DNA of 63,483 bases, filler included, from Phoronis australis (GCA_002633005.1; 11 parts of 11 records of this genome joined end to end with filler, not necessarily neighbours in it), one strand, 5' to 3'; shown: positions 26,369 through 38,602, counted from the first letter of the whole stretch. A program made the numbers and translations. The notes: generated by a model from the letters alone, not told the origin.

Positions 26369-26586
26369 TCACCAAAGCTAGACACAATATCCACCAAAGC
26401 TAGATGATTTCATTGTCTTCTCAAAACTATTTAAAACAATAGTAATAGGTTGGTCAACAAATGAGCAACAACTTATCAAATGGACTCATCCAATCAATGA
26501 TAAGTCATTAATGTTGACAAATTATTCCTTTCTAAATAAAAAACTAATTTGACCAGTAAAACACTAAAATGTAAAGAGGATACTAC

Positions 26587-26670
26587 CTGCTGTAGAAGTG
26601 CTGGCATCTGTGCATTCATAGCCTCCTGAAGAGCTGGGTTGTTGGTGAACATAGGGTTGGCACCAATCAC
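26587..26670 (-). CDS. UBQLN1: Ubiquilin exon (STI1 region)
   Basis: caccag|GTG...CAG|gtagta, 84 nt. Encodes VIGANPMFTNNPALQEAMNAQMPALLQQ. Confidence 0.9.
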
Positions 26671-26827
26671 CTGGTGATAGAAACGTGTACATACAGTTGT
26701 TCTACGGTAAAGGGAATCAAATGACATGGCCTGCTACTGCCTCCTTTTGGTTAAACTAAGAAGATAACATGGTTTGAGGTTAAGAAGAGAATATGTATCC
26801 AGTGTCAGTGTGATAAGGTTGACATCT

Positions 26828-26927
26828 CACTTCAACCTCTGGCTTCACTTCAACCTCTGGCTTCACTTCAACCTCTGGCTTCACTTCAACCTCTGGCTTC
26901 ACTTCAACCTCTGGCTTCACTCCACCT
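26828..26927. repeat. 18-bp tandem repeat, ~5 copies
   Basis: CACTTCAACCTCTGGCTT. Confidence 0.9.
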
Positions 26928-27013
26928 CACACCAGCTATGCATAACCCATTGAATGCCAAACTATGAAACTTTCACCAATGAACATTCTTTTTACCAAGA
27001 TCACTTGTTAAAG

Positions 27014-27330
27014 TTTGAGGGTGACTGCTAAGACCTTGTCGATTTGAGGGTGACTGCTAAGACCTTGTCGATTTGAGGGTAACTGCTAAGACCTTGTCGA
27101 TTTGAGAGTGACTGCTAAGACCTTGTTGATTTGAAGATGACTGCTAAGACCTTGTTGATTTGAAGATGACTGCTAAGACCTTGTTGGTTTGCGGGTGACT
27201 GCTGAGACCTTGTCGATTTGAGGGTGACTGCTAAGACCTTGTGGATTTGAAAATGACTGCTAAGACCTTGTTGATTTGAGGGTGACTGCTGAGACTTCGT
27301 TGATTTGAGGGTGATTCCTAAGACCTTATT
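27014..27330. repeat. 29-bp minisatellite, ~11 copies
   Basis: ATTTGAGGGTGACTGCTAAGACCTTGTCG. Confidence 0.92.
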
Positions 27331-27532
27331 ATCAATATTAAGAAAAAGAAGTGATATTGTTTGATTTTGATTATTTTTGATCATACAAGTTTTACATTTT
27401 ATGGTAGCTGGAAATATGCTGATCATATTTGTGCAAATAATTGGAAGGAGACAATGGTAAAGCTTGCCTCTGTATTTATCAAGTGAACCACTGGTAAAGC
27501 TTGCCTCTGTATTTATGAAGTGAACCACTCAC

Positions 27533-27672
27533 CTGGCGCGCTAGTTCAGGGTTAGCTGATAGTGACTGCATCATAGACTGCATGTAGGGAGCTTGTAACA
27601 TATTCTGCATCAGTTGTGGGTTGGCAGCCATTTGTCCCATCAGACTTTGCATACCTGGATTATTGAATCCAC
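27533..27672 (-). CDS. UBQLN1: Ubiquilin exon (STI1 region)
   Basis: cttcag|GT GGA...CAG|gtgagt. Encodes [46 protein letters not shown]. Confidence 0.92.
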
Positions 27673-27947
27673 CTGAAGGAACACACATTTAACACATGAC
27701 TTATCAAAACACTCAACTTTCACACTGTAATGTACAAGTACACAAAAAGAAAGGTTAGCAGAGTGCAAAATTTAATGATCTATTGTACAAACTATTCCTT
27801 CAAAAACCACAATTTTTCAATTCTAAATGGACTACCATGTGATGTGCTTACTTCATTGCACCGTTCAATAATTGTAAAATGCAATGGTCATATCTCTACC
27901 ATGGTTCACATTTTGTCAAGTATCAGCGATTAATTACTCAAACTCAC

Positions 27948-28064
27948 TCGGTGTGTCGCCACCGCCTGATGTCGATGTTGCTGTGGTTGTCCGTGGTGCC
28001 CAGGGGTTGGGCAGGGGCTCTGTGTTCTCCTGGCCTGTCTGATTGGAGGATGGAGTGTTGGTCT
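27948..28064 (-). CDS. UBQLN1: Ubiquilin exon (ENxxPLPNPW motif)
   Basis: tcacag|AG ACC...CCG A|gtgagt, 117 nt, phase 1-1. Encodes TNTPSSNQTGQENTEPLPNPWAPRTTT. Upstream exons lie beyond the contig end. Confidence 0.9.
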
Positions 28065-28066
28065 CT

Positions 28067-28370
28067 GTGAATAGCATATCAAATGACAGAGGGCTCTGTG
28101 TTCTGGCCCATTTGATTGGACGGCAGAGTGCTGGAGTCAGTGAATAGCATATCAAATGACAGAGGGCTCTGTGTTCTGGCCCATTTGATTGGACGGCAGA
28201 GTGCTGGAGTCAGTGAATAGCATATCAAATGACAGAGGGCTCTGTGTTCTGGCCCATTTGATTGGACGGCAGAGTGCTGGAGTCAGTGAATAGCATATCA
28301 AATGACAGAGGGCTCTGTGTTCTGGCCCATTTGATTGGACGGCAGAGTGCTGGAGTCAGTGAATAGCATA
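28067..28370. repeat. 73-bp tandem repeat derived from a ubiquilin acceptor and exon start, 4 copies
   Basis: GAATAGCATA recurs at 28069, 28142, 28215, 28288 and 28361. Confidence 0.93.
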
Positions 28371-28389
28371 TTCTGTGATAATGATAAAT

Positions 28390-28567
28390 GGGCCGGTGGT
28401 CCCCCTGGCCAGTCTGGTTATGTGACTGCCAAAGCTAGGAAATGGGCCAATGGTCCCCCTGGCCAGTCCGGTCATGTGACTGCCAAAGCTAGGACATGAC
28501 ACACGGCCGGTGGTCCCCCAGGCCAGTCTGGTCATGTGACTGCCAAAGCTAGGACATGACACACGGC
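28390..28567. repeat. ~55-60-bp tandem repeat, 3 copies
   Basis: GGTCCCCCTGGCCAGTCTGGTCATGTGACTGCCAAAGCTAGGA. Confidence 0.85.
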
Positions 28568-30285
28568 ATTGGCCAATCATACTCATCAACCAGTTAAAGA
28601 GTTTCCACCATAACATCAAAAAGAATTTTATTAATACGTCTTAAGAGATGTAATAGATTTTAGTATAGCTGTTGCTAAGAAACAACCCAATTTTTTTTCA
28701 AAATAATTTTCTATCATCAGGGTCGTATGTAATGGGCGGAAGACTGTCTCCGCCGTTGTTATTACCAGTGCAATACTGAGGAGTTGTGAGGAAAGTACGT
28801 AGAGAGCAGCCTTTTTCAAACATTAAAAGGTGTGTTTGTGGGGGCTGTAGTAACAGCAACTTGACTGAGAATGTCTGTGTTCAAATTTCCTAAATACGTG
28901 AAAGCTGCATAAAAATGGCACCAATTTGTGAGCTGCACGAGAGTGTGGAATGTGGAACATGCGATTCCGGGGGGGAGGGGCGCACTTTGTTTGGAAAATT
29001 TCAAGGAATCATGTTTTGACCAAAAACAAATAATGGCATTACGATGACGGACTCGTCACCTTGTAAGTGTATTTACAAATTTTATAAACGACAAACAAAC
29101 TGCTTCCATTCTAGGGTGAGTGATGCCAGGCCCAGATCGAGTGCTACGACACGGAGGCTCATGCATTGTGTTTAAACCATGTGATCACTGCATCATGGCA
29201 ATAGTGAATACAAGTAACCCAGGTTTACTGTGGCCTTTGCTGGTGTCTATTTTGTGACAACTGACCACTCCACCACTCAGTTGGTTGCTGCTCACATATC
29301 TCTGCAACATTTCTCATGCAACTGGGTCGAGTTCATATGGCCTCAAAGCCCAGGAAAGTTCGCTAAGTGGGGAAATCAAATTCATTGTCCGATTCATCAA
29401 GGACTTGAGTGATGCCTGTATTCTCTCTTCTCTCTCTCTGCATATNNNNNNNNNNNNNNNNNNNNNNNNNNNNNNNNNNNNNNNNNNNNTTAATTAATTA
29501 ANNNNNNNNNNNNNNNNNNNNNNNNNNNNNNNNNNNNNNNNNNNNGGCTTGGAATTTTCTGTGGAAACGCGGATTTCCGCATTTTTTCAAATGTTCTGTC
29601 CGCGTATTTTATTATATTTCGGCGTAAAAAAATTGGATTTGATATAGAATTTCCGATGCAAATTTCTTTCTTACCACGGCATTGTCGACGTCTTTCACCT
29701 CGAAAAGCGGAAGTTGCTCTTTATGTTTCGGAGGAACGTAAATTGTCATCGTTGCTGGGGCACCTGGGATAGGGTGGTTTTCTTCAATGGCGTCTCGTGA
29801 GATTGTATATTGTGGTGACAAATACTACGACTCTGTAGCCAAAAATGTGTGGATGTGTTGAGGCGGGAGGCAGACGCACGCTTCTGGAGGTGGTACCTTT
29901 TTTTTAGTCCTCCCGATGTTTTGTCGGCAAAAGGGTCCACATTGACAAAAATACCCATTTTCAAGGCTGGGTGCACGCCGTAAAAATTTCCACTTGATTT
30001 GTTATGGGTCATTCCAAGCCCTGTGTATTTCAATTCACTGTGGGTGTTATATGTGTCTTAAAAACTATTGTGTTATTGTATTCTATACTTTCAAATCAGA
30101 CAATGAACTGCAAGTCTGTTGCAACCAGTAGTGTATGTTGTGTTGAAAAACAATCTTTTTCACAACCTAACTCTGTGAGAAGACCACAGTTGTGAGCTGT
30201 TGTCAAATTCTCTATCTGGTAAATAGATATGACATATTACACCTCTGTACAGGAGTAGAGATCATATTGTTTTCTTTCCATCCAG

Positions 30286-30382
30286 GTAAACCCTGAATAT
30301 ATAGGTAAACTGGAGGAGAAGGGGCTCATGTTTGTTGGTAAAGATGAAACGGGGCAAAGGATGGAGATAATGGAACTGAGAG
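30286..30382 (+). CDS. CTPS1: CTP synthase, penultimate coding exon (glutaminase domain)
   Basis: atccag|GTA AAC CCT...AGA G|gtaact. Encodes VNPEYIGKLEEKGLMFVGKDETGQRMEIMELR. Confidence 0.9.
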
Positions 30383-31758
30383 GTAACTGTAACATAGTGT
30401 TAAGGAGAAATCAGTGTGAGAAGATTTCATACCGGGAATGTCCAAAAATAGTCCCATCCAAGAGTATGCCCATGAACATATTTTCAGAAAATTTTTCAGA
30501 AGTACACCCTTGCACATATTCTCGATAACTTTTTGCTTGTTTTGTAAATCTCATGGATTGGTTTAAAATACGTAACTTGTTCTGATGTAAAATGTTGTTT
30601 ATCTTAACAAAACATAGCGAATTCATTCAAACATCTATCATGTAACGAGGTATTGGGGGACTTTGGTGTTAACTAATCGTATTAGCACATTAGGACATTT
30701 TAATGAACTGTGTTTGCTGAATGCGCAGTAAGTATGGACAGATAAAATTCTTACTAAGTCTGCTAAGTGAGACAGCTGCATACATTGAACAGGATGTGTT
30801 TGTTTTAACAAATGTCAGTTTAATAATTAATGGTTATTATTTTCTTTAAAACTGTATCATAAAATGTTGGGACACATTTTCAAAAAATATGCCTTCTTTC
30901 CGAAAATATGCCCGAGACCTAGAATCAAGTCTGAAAAGTTCTCTGTTCTTTACTTGGCCTTGTACTCGGGACTTTTTGCTAACCATGCAGATGGGACTAT
31001 CTGTCGATTACATAAATCCAGACTTTTTGGAGGCATCTTGCCTTAACTTGGGAGTACATATACAATTACGCTGTTATAACTCAGCCGGCTGATATGTTGT
31101 AAGTAAGAATTATTAGTCGTCACTGACCTATTGCAGCCACTGGTTGATCACGTGATATGACCAGCATATGGTGTGTAACAAGACTAATAATTCTAACGTA
31201 TTCCTGAGAGGTGGTTTGAATGCTTTGTTATAAACATAACTAATAAAAGCAATTCTTCAAGTCAAATGTGCGATGCTGTGAACAAATGACACACTCAGAC
31301 GAGTTTGAACACTGTCAGACCGGCTGAATCACTGTTATATTAATTTTATTTCCCATTTCTGGAATCTAGTCCTCGTTCATGTCAAATGACAATTTGTTAT
31401 GTAATGGAGCTGTAGCTGTCTCAATGGTTAAGTGCAATTATCAGAACTAAGGGTGATGGATACAACTTACTCACACCACTTGATGTCTTCAGAACTTGCA
31501 CTGTGGTAATCTTCAGGTTTAGGAAATTGTTATTTTTAGTACATTTTTGTAGAAATCTACTAAAAAGTTTCAAAATTCCATTATGTGAAATAATAAAATT
31601 GACTGAACAAACCTTCAATAAGGCAATAGTCCCCTTTGATGCTGGTTGTTTCATATTTACAAATTCGACACATATTTCCTGTTAACCCTAATTATTTTAT
31701 ATTTTATCTCTGACGCATTAATTTAATTCTGTATTTCTCATTTCTCATCATCTTGCAG

Positions 31759-31991
31759 ATCACCCCTACTATGTTGCCGTTCAATATCACCCAGAGTACA
31801 TCTCTCGTCCACTGAAACCATCTCCTCCGTACTTGGGTTTGCTGCTTGCCTCCTGTAACAAGCTGGACACCTACATCAACAGGGGGTGTCGATTATCACC
31901 CCGCAGTCTCGCTCACATAGAGTCTGAATCATCTGATGAAGAAATCTCAGCAGTTCTCAGTAACGCGAGTATCGAGCAAACAGATAGCTAA
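31759..31991 (+). CDS. CTPS1: CTP synthase, last coding exon
   Basis: ttgcag|AT CAC...AGC TAA. Encodes [32 protein letters not shown]... with the catalytic HPE motif, followed by an acidic Ser-rich tail. Confidence 0.93.
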
Positions 31992-33922
31992 ACTTAAATT
32001 GTTTGGTTGTGGGTTGCATAATGTGTTTTGTCCACCGTTTACTGGAGTAATTGCTGGCAAGGATAGTATTCTTGTCTCGTGTTTTTCTGATTTTTTGCAC
32101 TAATGAGTCAATAATACCATCAAATGCTCGTATTACAACAATTCAGGGGAAGGTCTTCAAGTCATACAGGTATTGACTACTTTCATCTTAGTTCCTCGTC
32201 ACTAGGAGACATATGTGCCCTAGTGTACGGTCAGTTTTACCATGTATTTACTCACCTCATTGGGTAACGTGCAGCACTACCTGTGTTGTTTTGAGCAATA
32301 TTTAGATTTGAGTGGGGTAAAGAATTTATGTTAAATGAAGCTAGATTGTTCACTGCATATTTTTCCTTCTGATAGACTTATGTCTTGTCTGGCCTCATGA
32401 ATTTCATACATCACTGATAAAATATTTTTCAGTATTTGTCAAGATTTTGGGTAATTTTTCAACATCCAGCTGGTATTGTGAAGCCAGTCGTATGAATGAA
32501 GGTTAATCAATGTGATGTTGATTTCAAGAAATAGTACCAGTTAAAAAATTTAATGAAGTGATTTTACAAACAATGTTTCAGCAATAGTGAAATGAATGTG
32601 CATTATGAGCTATTCAGTATTCAGAAGTACAAGTATTTTATGTTACTTAATGTTACGTGACTCAGTTTGTTAGTTTGGGTAGAGATTACCTACAAAAATG
32701 AGTCAAACAGTCTGATAACAACTTGGTAAAAGATGATTTTACACATTTCATCACGATAGTCTACCCCGACTTCAATACATCTGTTTAGTCATTGCTCAAA
32801 CCCTTCATGCAGCTGGCTCTATCTTCAATTTATTTGTTTGCTATGTTTCAAGTAGCGCCACCTACTGGCAATTGATTTGGAAATCTTAGGTGTTTTCTGA
32901 GGTGCTATAAAAGTGTATAATGCAGTTACCTATAAAAATTTCAAGTTGCACCTCTGGTTTCAGGTGGTAACGAGTTTTTTTGGTACTGTTGTCCATGCAG
33001 TCATTGACATTTTTTCGTAAACTGCCTGAGTGCTATTGCCCTTGGTATTGCTGCCTCAAATTGTGAATCTGCAGGTCCACAGCAATGGATGATTAATCCT
33101 TTTCAGTGCATCTGTCAAAGCAAGTGAATTTGTCGACGGGTTATGACGTCTTGACTTAAATTGTTGCTATTACAGTGAATCATGTTTGTGAACCTTTCTG
33201 AATAATACAGGAATTTCAATATTTTACTTGTCCATTGAGATTAGGACAAGTTTGGCAATCTGTAAATACAGAAAGCTCACATAAATTGTACATGCATAAG
33301 ACAGATTTTTGCTCAACTCTGACAAAGTCCTGTGGACGGTTACTCTAAATGCATTAGGTCCTTCATAAAAGTCAGATTTTGCCTTGTGAACAACAATCTC
33401 CGTGTCTGATTAAATCAAAGTTATTCAGGTTTCACTGTACATTGACGTGTACTGTAGTCTTTATCAACAGTGCTTTTGTTTGTTCATTCCTAACTTATAA
33501 TTTGTTTCACTGGTGTGGGATGGGATTTTTACAAATGACAATAAAGATATTTAGTAGTGAATTTGTTTTGAATTTTTGTATTTGTTGTAGGTCACCTACT
33601 CTACCAGCAACTCCTTCCATGCAAGTTAGACAATGTAGATTGGACTGTAACATTCATTGACTTGACGTTATGTAGGACCCTAGAAAAATGTTCATAATCC
33701 ATCTTTACTGGGGATTGCATTGCGATGAAAACGGGATATTTTTCATGAAGTGTCTTCATTCTGAAAAGACAGTAATTTGGTCCTACGCTCCAAATAACCA
33801 TTTTCAAAAATAATTTGAACTCNNNNNNNNNNNNNNNNNNNNNNNNNNNNNNNNNNNNNNNNNNNNTTAATTAATTAANNNNNNNNNNNNNNNNNNNNNN
33901 NNNNNNNNNNNNNNNNNNNNNN

Positions 33923-34012
33923 ATGAACTTCAGTTTATACATTAATTCCACAGCAGGGATCAAAAATGCCAACGTCTTTCCACTACCTGTGCGTGCAGCT
34001 GCAAGTATGTCC
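33923..34012 (-). CDS. DDX18: DEAD-box helicase DDX18, exon with Walker A motif (cut by contig end)
   Basis: tcccag|G GAC ATA. Encodes [29 protein letters not shown]. Confidence 0.9.
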
Positions 34013-34366
34013 CTGGGAGAAAACAAGAAGCCTCATTTTAAATAAAGAGATGCACACACGTGGTTAAAATTACCAGGAGGAGCAACAACATAATTGATTA
34101 CTAAGACTTGATTCTCCTGCTGGTTCATCTATTGTTAACAAACATCGTAATATGTTTTAAAAACTTCCCTTAAGGTTATTGTGTAGTTGGCTAAAAAGAT
34201 TTCAAAACAACTTCAGTAACTTTGAGATGTGTGTCCAGAGTAATGCACCAGATGGCGCTACTTTGACAACACATAGCTGTAACAAGGCTCTGAGTCCTGC
34301 TCACTTCAAATCATGCTTTCTGAAAAATACTACAAGACGTAGTTCCACTGGCATTGCACCTCTTAC

Positions 34367-34526
34367 CGTCCTTCCAACAAATGTGGTATAGTCTTGGATT
34401 GAATTTCTGTCATGTGTGTAAAGCCCATATCAGCAACACCCTTTAAAGAGTGATCACACACCCTCTCCTTTAGACTGTTGAACGATGTATCCGACAGGAT
34501 TCCCATACCAAGACTTGTTCCTGGCA
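34367..34526 (-). CDS. DDX18: DDX18 exon (Q motif)
   Basis: ttttag|TG CCA...GGA CG|gtaaga. Encodes ...SDTSFNSLKERVCDHSLKGVADMGFTHMTEIQSKTIPHLLEGR. Confidence 0.92.
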
Positions 34527-35004
34527 CTAAAAAGACATGCACAGTATTTATAGAGCTTCTCCATATTTGTAGTTGCACCAAACAGTCAAAACACAATTAT
34601 AATTATTGTAAATAAAAACAAGTATGCATATATAACTAGACCTTAATTAGTCACATGCTCTGGCAATGAGGTATACACGGTGTCATAGATCCAACAAAGC
34701 TCATTGTATCAATGTGAACATTTCCTGCCATTAACTTGAGACTTATTTCAGTTAAAAGTATGCTATTTTGACTTGCCTTGAGACCTACTAAGCACTACAT
34801 GGAAGATGGTGTCTTATATTATGAACCACAGACAACACATTGTTCCACAGATAGTGTGTAAAGTCACGCACATTATGAACTGTGGGAAGTCAGCACTGCT
34901 TTGAACTGAGAAAATGCCTCATACATGCCATATAGCTAACTACACAAAAGGTGTGAAGGTTCAGGCAAGATTGGCAGTTAGCAAGGAATCAAAAAAATTA
35001 CCTT

Positions 35005-35180
35005 CCCATACATGTCTACATTTCTATACACCTCTACCTACCCATACATGTCTACCTACCCACACATCTCTATCTACCCATGCACCTCTACCTACCCATG
35101 CACCTCTACCTACCCATACATCTCTACCTACCCACACATCTCTACCTACCCATGCACCTCTACCTACCCATACACTTCTA
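35005..35180. repeat. 18-bp tandem repeat in a DDX18 intron
   Basis: CCCATACATCTCTACCTA-like units. Confidence 0.88.
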
Positions 35181-35263
35181 CTTTAGAGAGACATCAGTCA
35201 AAAGAAAAGTTGGAACAAATACGAGATGTCAGTGATGCGCAATTTGTACGCCAAACTACTCAC

Positions 35264-35452
35264 ACAGTTCAGAATCACCCTCACCACCATCACCCTCACC
35301 ACCCTGATGTGACGCACTGTCGTCACCCTCACTGGCGTCATTGTCCCCGTCTTGCGGTGTACACTCAGGCCCATCATTGTTGCCACTCCCGTTTAAGTCA
35401 TTTTCTTCCTTCTCAGCATAATTCACACCAACCTTCAGCTTCTTTGACTTCA
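35264..35452 (-). CDS. DDX18: DDX18 exon (acidic N-terminal region)
   Basis: ttttag|TG AAG...CTG T|gtgagt, 189 nt, phase 1-1. Encodes KSKKLKVGVNYAEKEE...EGDSEL. Confidence 0.82.
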
Positions 35453-36064
35453 CTAAAAAGTTAAAAAAGCAGGTGTGTTTTCAATAAAACATAGACACCT
35501 GCATAGAACACAAAGAACAGCAATTGATTCTTATTTTACTTGATCTAACTAACAAGGTCATATATAATGGCAAACTGATTCAACAGGACTTGAACAACGT
35601 AGACTACGGAAAGGTGAAAGCAGGTTGCAGTGTAACATTAGATACTACTCTACTCCTTTGTCATTTAAATCAAGAAACATGGTGAGAGTGTCAAACTGAG
35701 TGTTCAACAGAACATAGTCGCTTAAAATCAGTACAGTGGGAGCTTAGCCAAACGTTTGTATGAACTTTAAGCTAGATCACAGCAGCATACCACATATAGA
35801 CATACCTAGGCAACAAGTGATAATATTTTTACTAGCAAAATGTTTGTTTGAATAAAACGCAATAATTCAGATACAGAGACCTAAGCCTAAATAAGCGCAC
35901 ACACGGTAAGTTTCACACGCAAGGAATGAAGAGGCATGACATTAAAGAGAAAATGTACTTTGTAAACTAAGGAATAAACAATTTGTTAACATCTCTCCTA
36001 GTCTACAAAACATACAAGAATTTACTCAGGACTGATCGCACTATCCAGCACTAGGAAAACTTAC

Positions 36065-36259
36065 CCTCGACTGATGTACTATCCAGTGGTCTCTTCTTTT
36101 TCTTATTTTTCTTTTTCTTGTCTTCCCCACTTGCACTGACATTGCCTACAACCTCAGACTGCTCAGTTGTAGGAACCTGGCTAGTATTTTGCTGCTTCTT
36201 CTTTTTCTTACGTTGCCTAACAGTGTCCATGGTCCCTGATAACGATGTGTTCTCACTGT
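36065..36259 (-). CDS. DDX18: DDX18 exon (Lys-rich N-terminal region)
   Basis: ttgcag|AC AGT...GAG G|gtaagt, 195 nt, phase 1-1. Two basic tracts (RQRKKKKK, KKKKNKKKKR) resemble nucleolar or nuclear signals. Confidence 0.82.
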
Positions 36260-37175
36260 CTGCAATAAGAGAATTCTCACCAGTTTTAATAAACAATGCT
36301 TATTATGACGTAGACACACAAAACATATCAGTCTCTAGATCACTATACAGCAACATCTCTGAAAACAAGGTGTCGTCATCTCTTTTATCAATAGAAAAGT
36401 GTTAGTCTAATGCAATCAAAATTCGTCAAGGATGTATGTGGGTGCAATGCCCCCTTTTGGCGACCTCAGATCTTGTTTGGTGACTACGGAAAAATCACAA
36501 GTTGCCACTGCGAGTATCAAAAACAGACGATTCTCCAGAAATCCATTTCAAAGTTTGTGTTGTCTTCCCAACTTAAATTCCTAATAGTTTTCCTAGATTT
36601 AATACCATTTATTTTGTGAAATAAGTGCATTTGCCACCATAGCAATCAGCATAAAACACGCATTTAAATTACAACAGGAAATAAAGAAATGGAAGTTGGA
36701 AATATTTGGCAAAACTTGCCAGGCAAGATTGGAAGTGAAACACGCCCTTCCACTGTGTGCGATCGTCTGTGTTTTATCTTGGATGGTGGGAGGAATTGAG
36801 TTAGAGAATGACTGGTACACATCTTTTATGGGGAGAAATTGAAGAGGTATGGATAAGTTTCTGTGCACCACGTTTTTTAGTCGACGATTTTGAAGTCAGA
36901 TTTCGTTTGGCAACCTGAGATTTCCACCAAGTCAGCAAATGGCCATTTTTAACACTGCGCGCACTCTTTACTCCGCCCGCCAGTAGCGCGTACAGTGCAT
37001 TTTAAAAACAGACAGTTCCCGAGTTGGGCAACTGACTGCCCGAAGAAAAAGTTTGATTACATTAGTTTTTGTTCAAATTGGAAGGAACTGAAGAAATCAA
37101 TGGCCTCCTAAGCCCGGGTGTCCCTCTATGCGCAAAAGGTACTTATAACAATATGACTTTGATGTTGTTGTAATA

Positions 37176-37240
37176 GCCGGGAATCAAACCAGTGACCCCG
37201 ATTTAACCGGCGAGTGTGCTAACCATTCAGCTAATAGGCA
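37176..37240 (-). pseudogene. tRNA-derived SINE head or tRNA pseudogene
   Basis: A-box TAGCTGAATGG and B-box GGTTTGATTCC at tRNA spacing, but the acceptor stem does not pair. Confidence 0.55.
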
Positions 37241-37912
37241 ACTGCCCGTTAGCGAGTGGCTAACGGAGGCTCATATATGATTCCCCGGAAGCACGTTTCA
37301 CAACATTCCCCCCTTTCCTATGAACAAGCGCGCCACCTGGCAGGTGAACACAATACTCCTGGACTTTTACCTCACCAGGATAGCCGCCCGATTGAATCGG
37401 CAATTGCCATCCGTAACTCATCAGATAATTCTGTATTGTGCTTGACCTTCGATTTACAAAGGAGTTTCTCCAGACGGGCTTTTTGGGAAGATTTTTCGTG
37501 CTTTGATCCCGAATTTCTTGCGAACTGGGTGAAGCAGGACACCGTGAATGGTGTTTGGAGAAAGAACAATTCCTCATGGTTTGTCGAACCTGTTTTGTGT
37601 AAATTTATTGAGTTTTGTGTTTGCTCTGGACGGCTGAAGTGAAACACCCGTGGAATTTTTAGTCGGGAGTGTTATACCTTGTAGTATTGTATTTTGGAAG
37701 AAGAAGAAGATTGTGGACGATCAGAACGCTGAGGACGCCTGTGACTGTGAGTCCAGTACAGTTTGACTCACTTGTCATGTGTCGTGGAAAACTGGAATGT
37801 CTGTTGTTTGTATCCCGAAATCATTACACCAATTACTGTCATGCGCGTGTATATTTCAGTCCCATTTGTGTCTCTCAGCAGCTTAATCCAGATAATATGT
37901 CAGCGTCCTTAC

Positions 37913-37928
37913 CTCCTAGTCCTGCCAT
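37913..37928 (-). CDS. DDX18: DDX18, probable first coding exon (MAGLG)
   Basis: agcATG GCA GGA CTA GGA G|gtaagg. Phase 1 matches the acceptor at 36259, and it sits next to a promoter-like region. Confidence 0.65.
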
Positions 37929-38155
37929 GCTTTCTTGTTATACCCGGAAACCACTCTAGAGCATGCGCATATCGTTTCTACTCTGAAGAATATGCCTTTT
38001 TAAGATTAGTAGATGAGTATTTGACAAAATCGATTCACCAGATTTCTATATTTCACCACATTTTTGAACTATTTGAATTCATGAACCTATGAGTTGTTGT
38101 TTTTTTGAAAAATTACTGAGAACGTTATCTCCCGGGTAAATACAAGTGTTTCAAA
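37929..38155. promoter_or_regulatory. Bidirectional promoter region between DDX18 and the divergent gene
   Basis: Two divergent ATG micro-exons lie ~230 bp apart. Contains ETS-like CCGGAAA (37944), NRF1-like GCATGCGCAT (37961) and YY1-like AAAATGGCGG over the + strand ATG. Confidence 0.6.
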
Positions 38156-38168
38156 ATGGCGGACGATG
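38156..38168 (+). CDS. Unidentified gene, first coding exon (MADD)
   Basis: caaaATG GCG GAC GAT G|gtgagt, with a strong start context and consensus donor. Confidence 0.7.
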
Positions 38169-38602
38169 GTGAGTTCAGCTGAAACAAGCTCAACTTTTGA
38201 TTAGTGTTGTTGTGGGCAAAACCGTTGAATGGCCTACGATATTGTTGATTCTGTTAGTCAGACAGAGGGAGTGGAGAGTTTTTTCAAGACTCGTTATATG
38301 TTATTTTAGCATTCTTGAAGCATTAAAATTTGCAAGTGGAATTAATTCAAGAACAATTTAAATTTTTAAAAATCAAAAGACAGTTGACTTTCTGAAAAGA
38401 GCACTGGTTGGATGTCTGGTGGAAGCTATGATATTGAACTTAAATTTTATAACATCTATTCGGTGCAGTAATTAATCTTGTGTGAAAAAACTAAAGTTCC
38501 CTTGTTACTAGTAGTCATGATGACATGATGTGTCCTAAAAAATTGAGAGTGAGACCCAATTACTTAGAATTACTAGGTGTCACTGTCAGCCATGTTTTCC
38601 AG

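Noticed and set aside
25936-26403. THPPVHR and HRRVSEGPV repeat ORFs
   Set aside because: Translations of the 27-bp minisatellite. The flanking ubiquilin exons join in frame without them.
6871-28370. Regular 27-73 bp arrays as CRISPR arrays
   Set aside because: Units are head-to-tail with no unique spacers, there are no cas genes, and they lie in spliceosomal introns.
37176-37240. Functional tRNA gene
   Set aside because: A and B boxes are present but the acceptor and anticodon stems do not form. The A-box-like motif near 60565 is even weaker.
37256-37647. Three overlapping ORFs in DDX18 intron 1
   Set aside because: No recognisable motif, and the DDX18 exons at 37913 and 36259 join in phase without them. 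An extra exon cannot be fully excluded.
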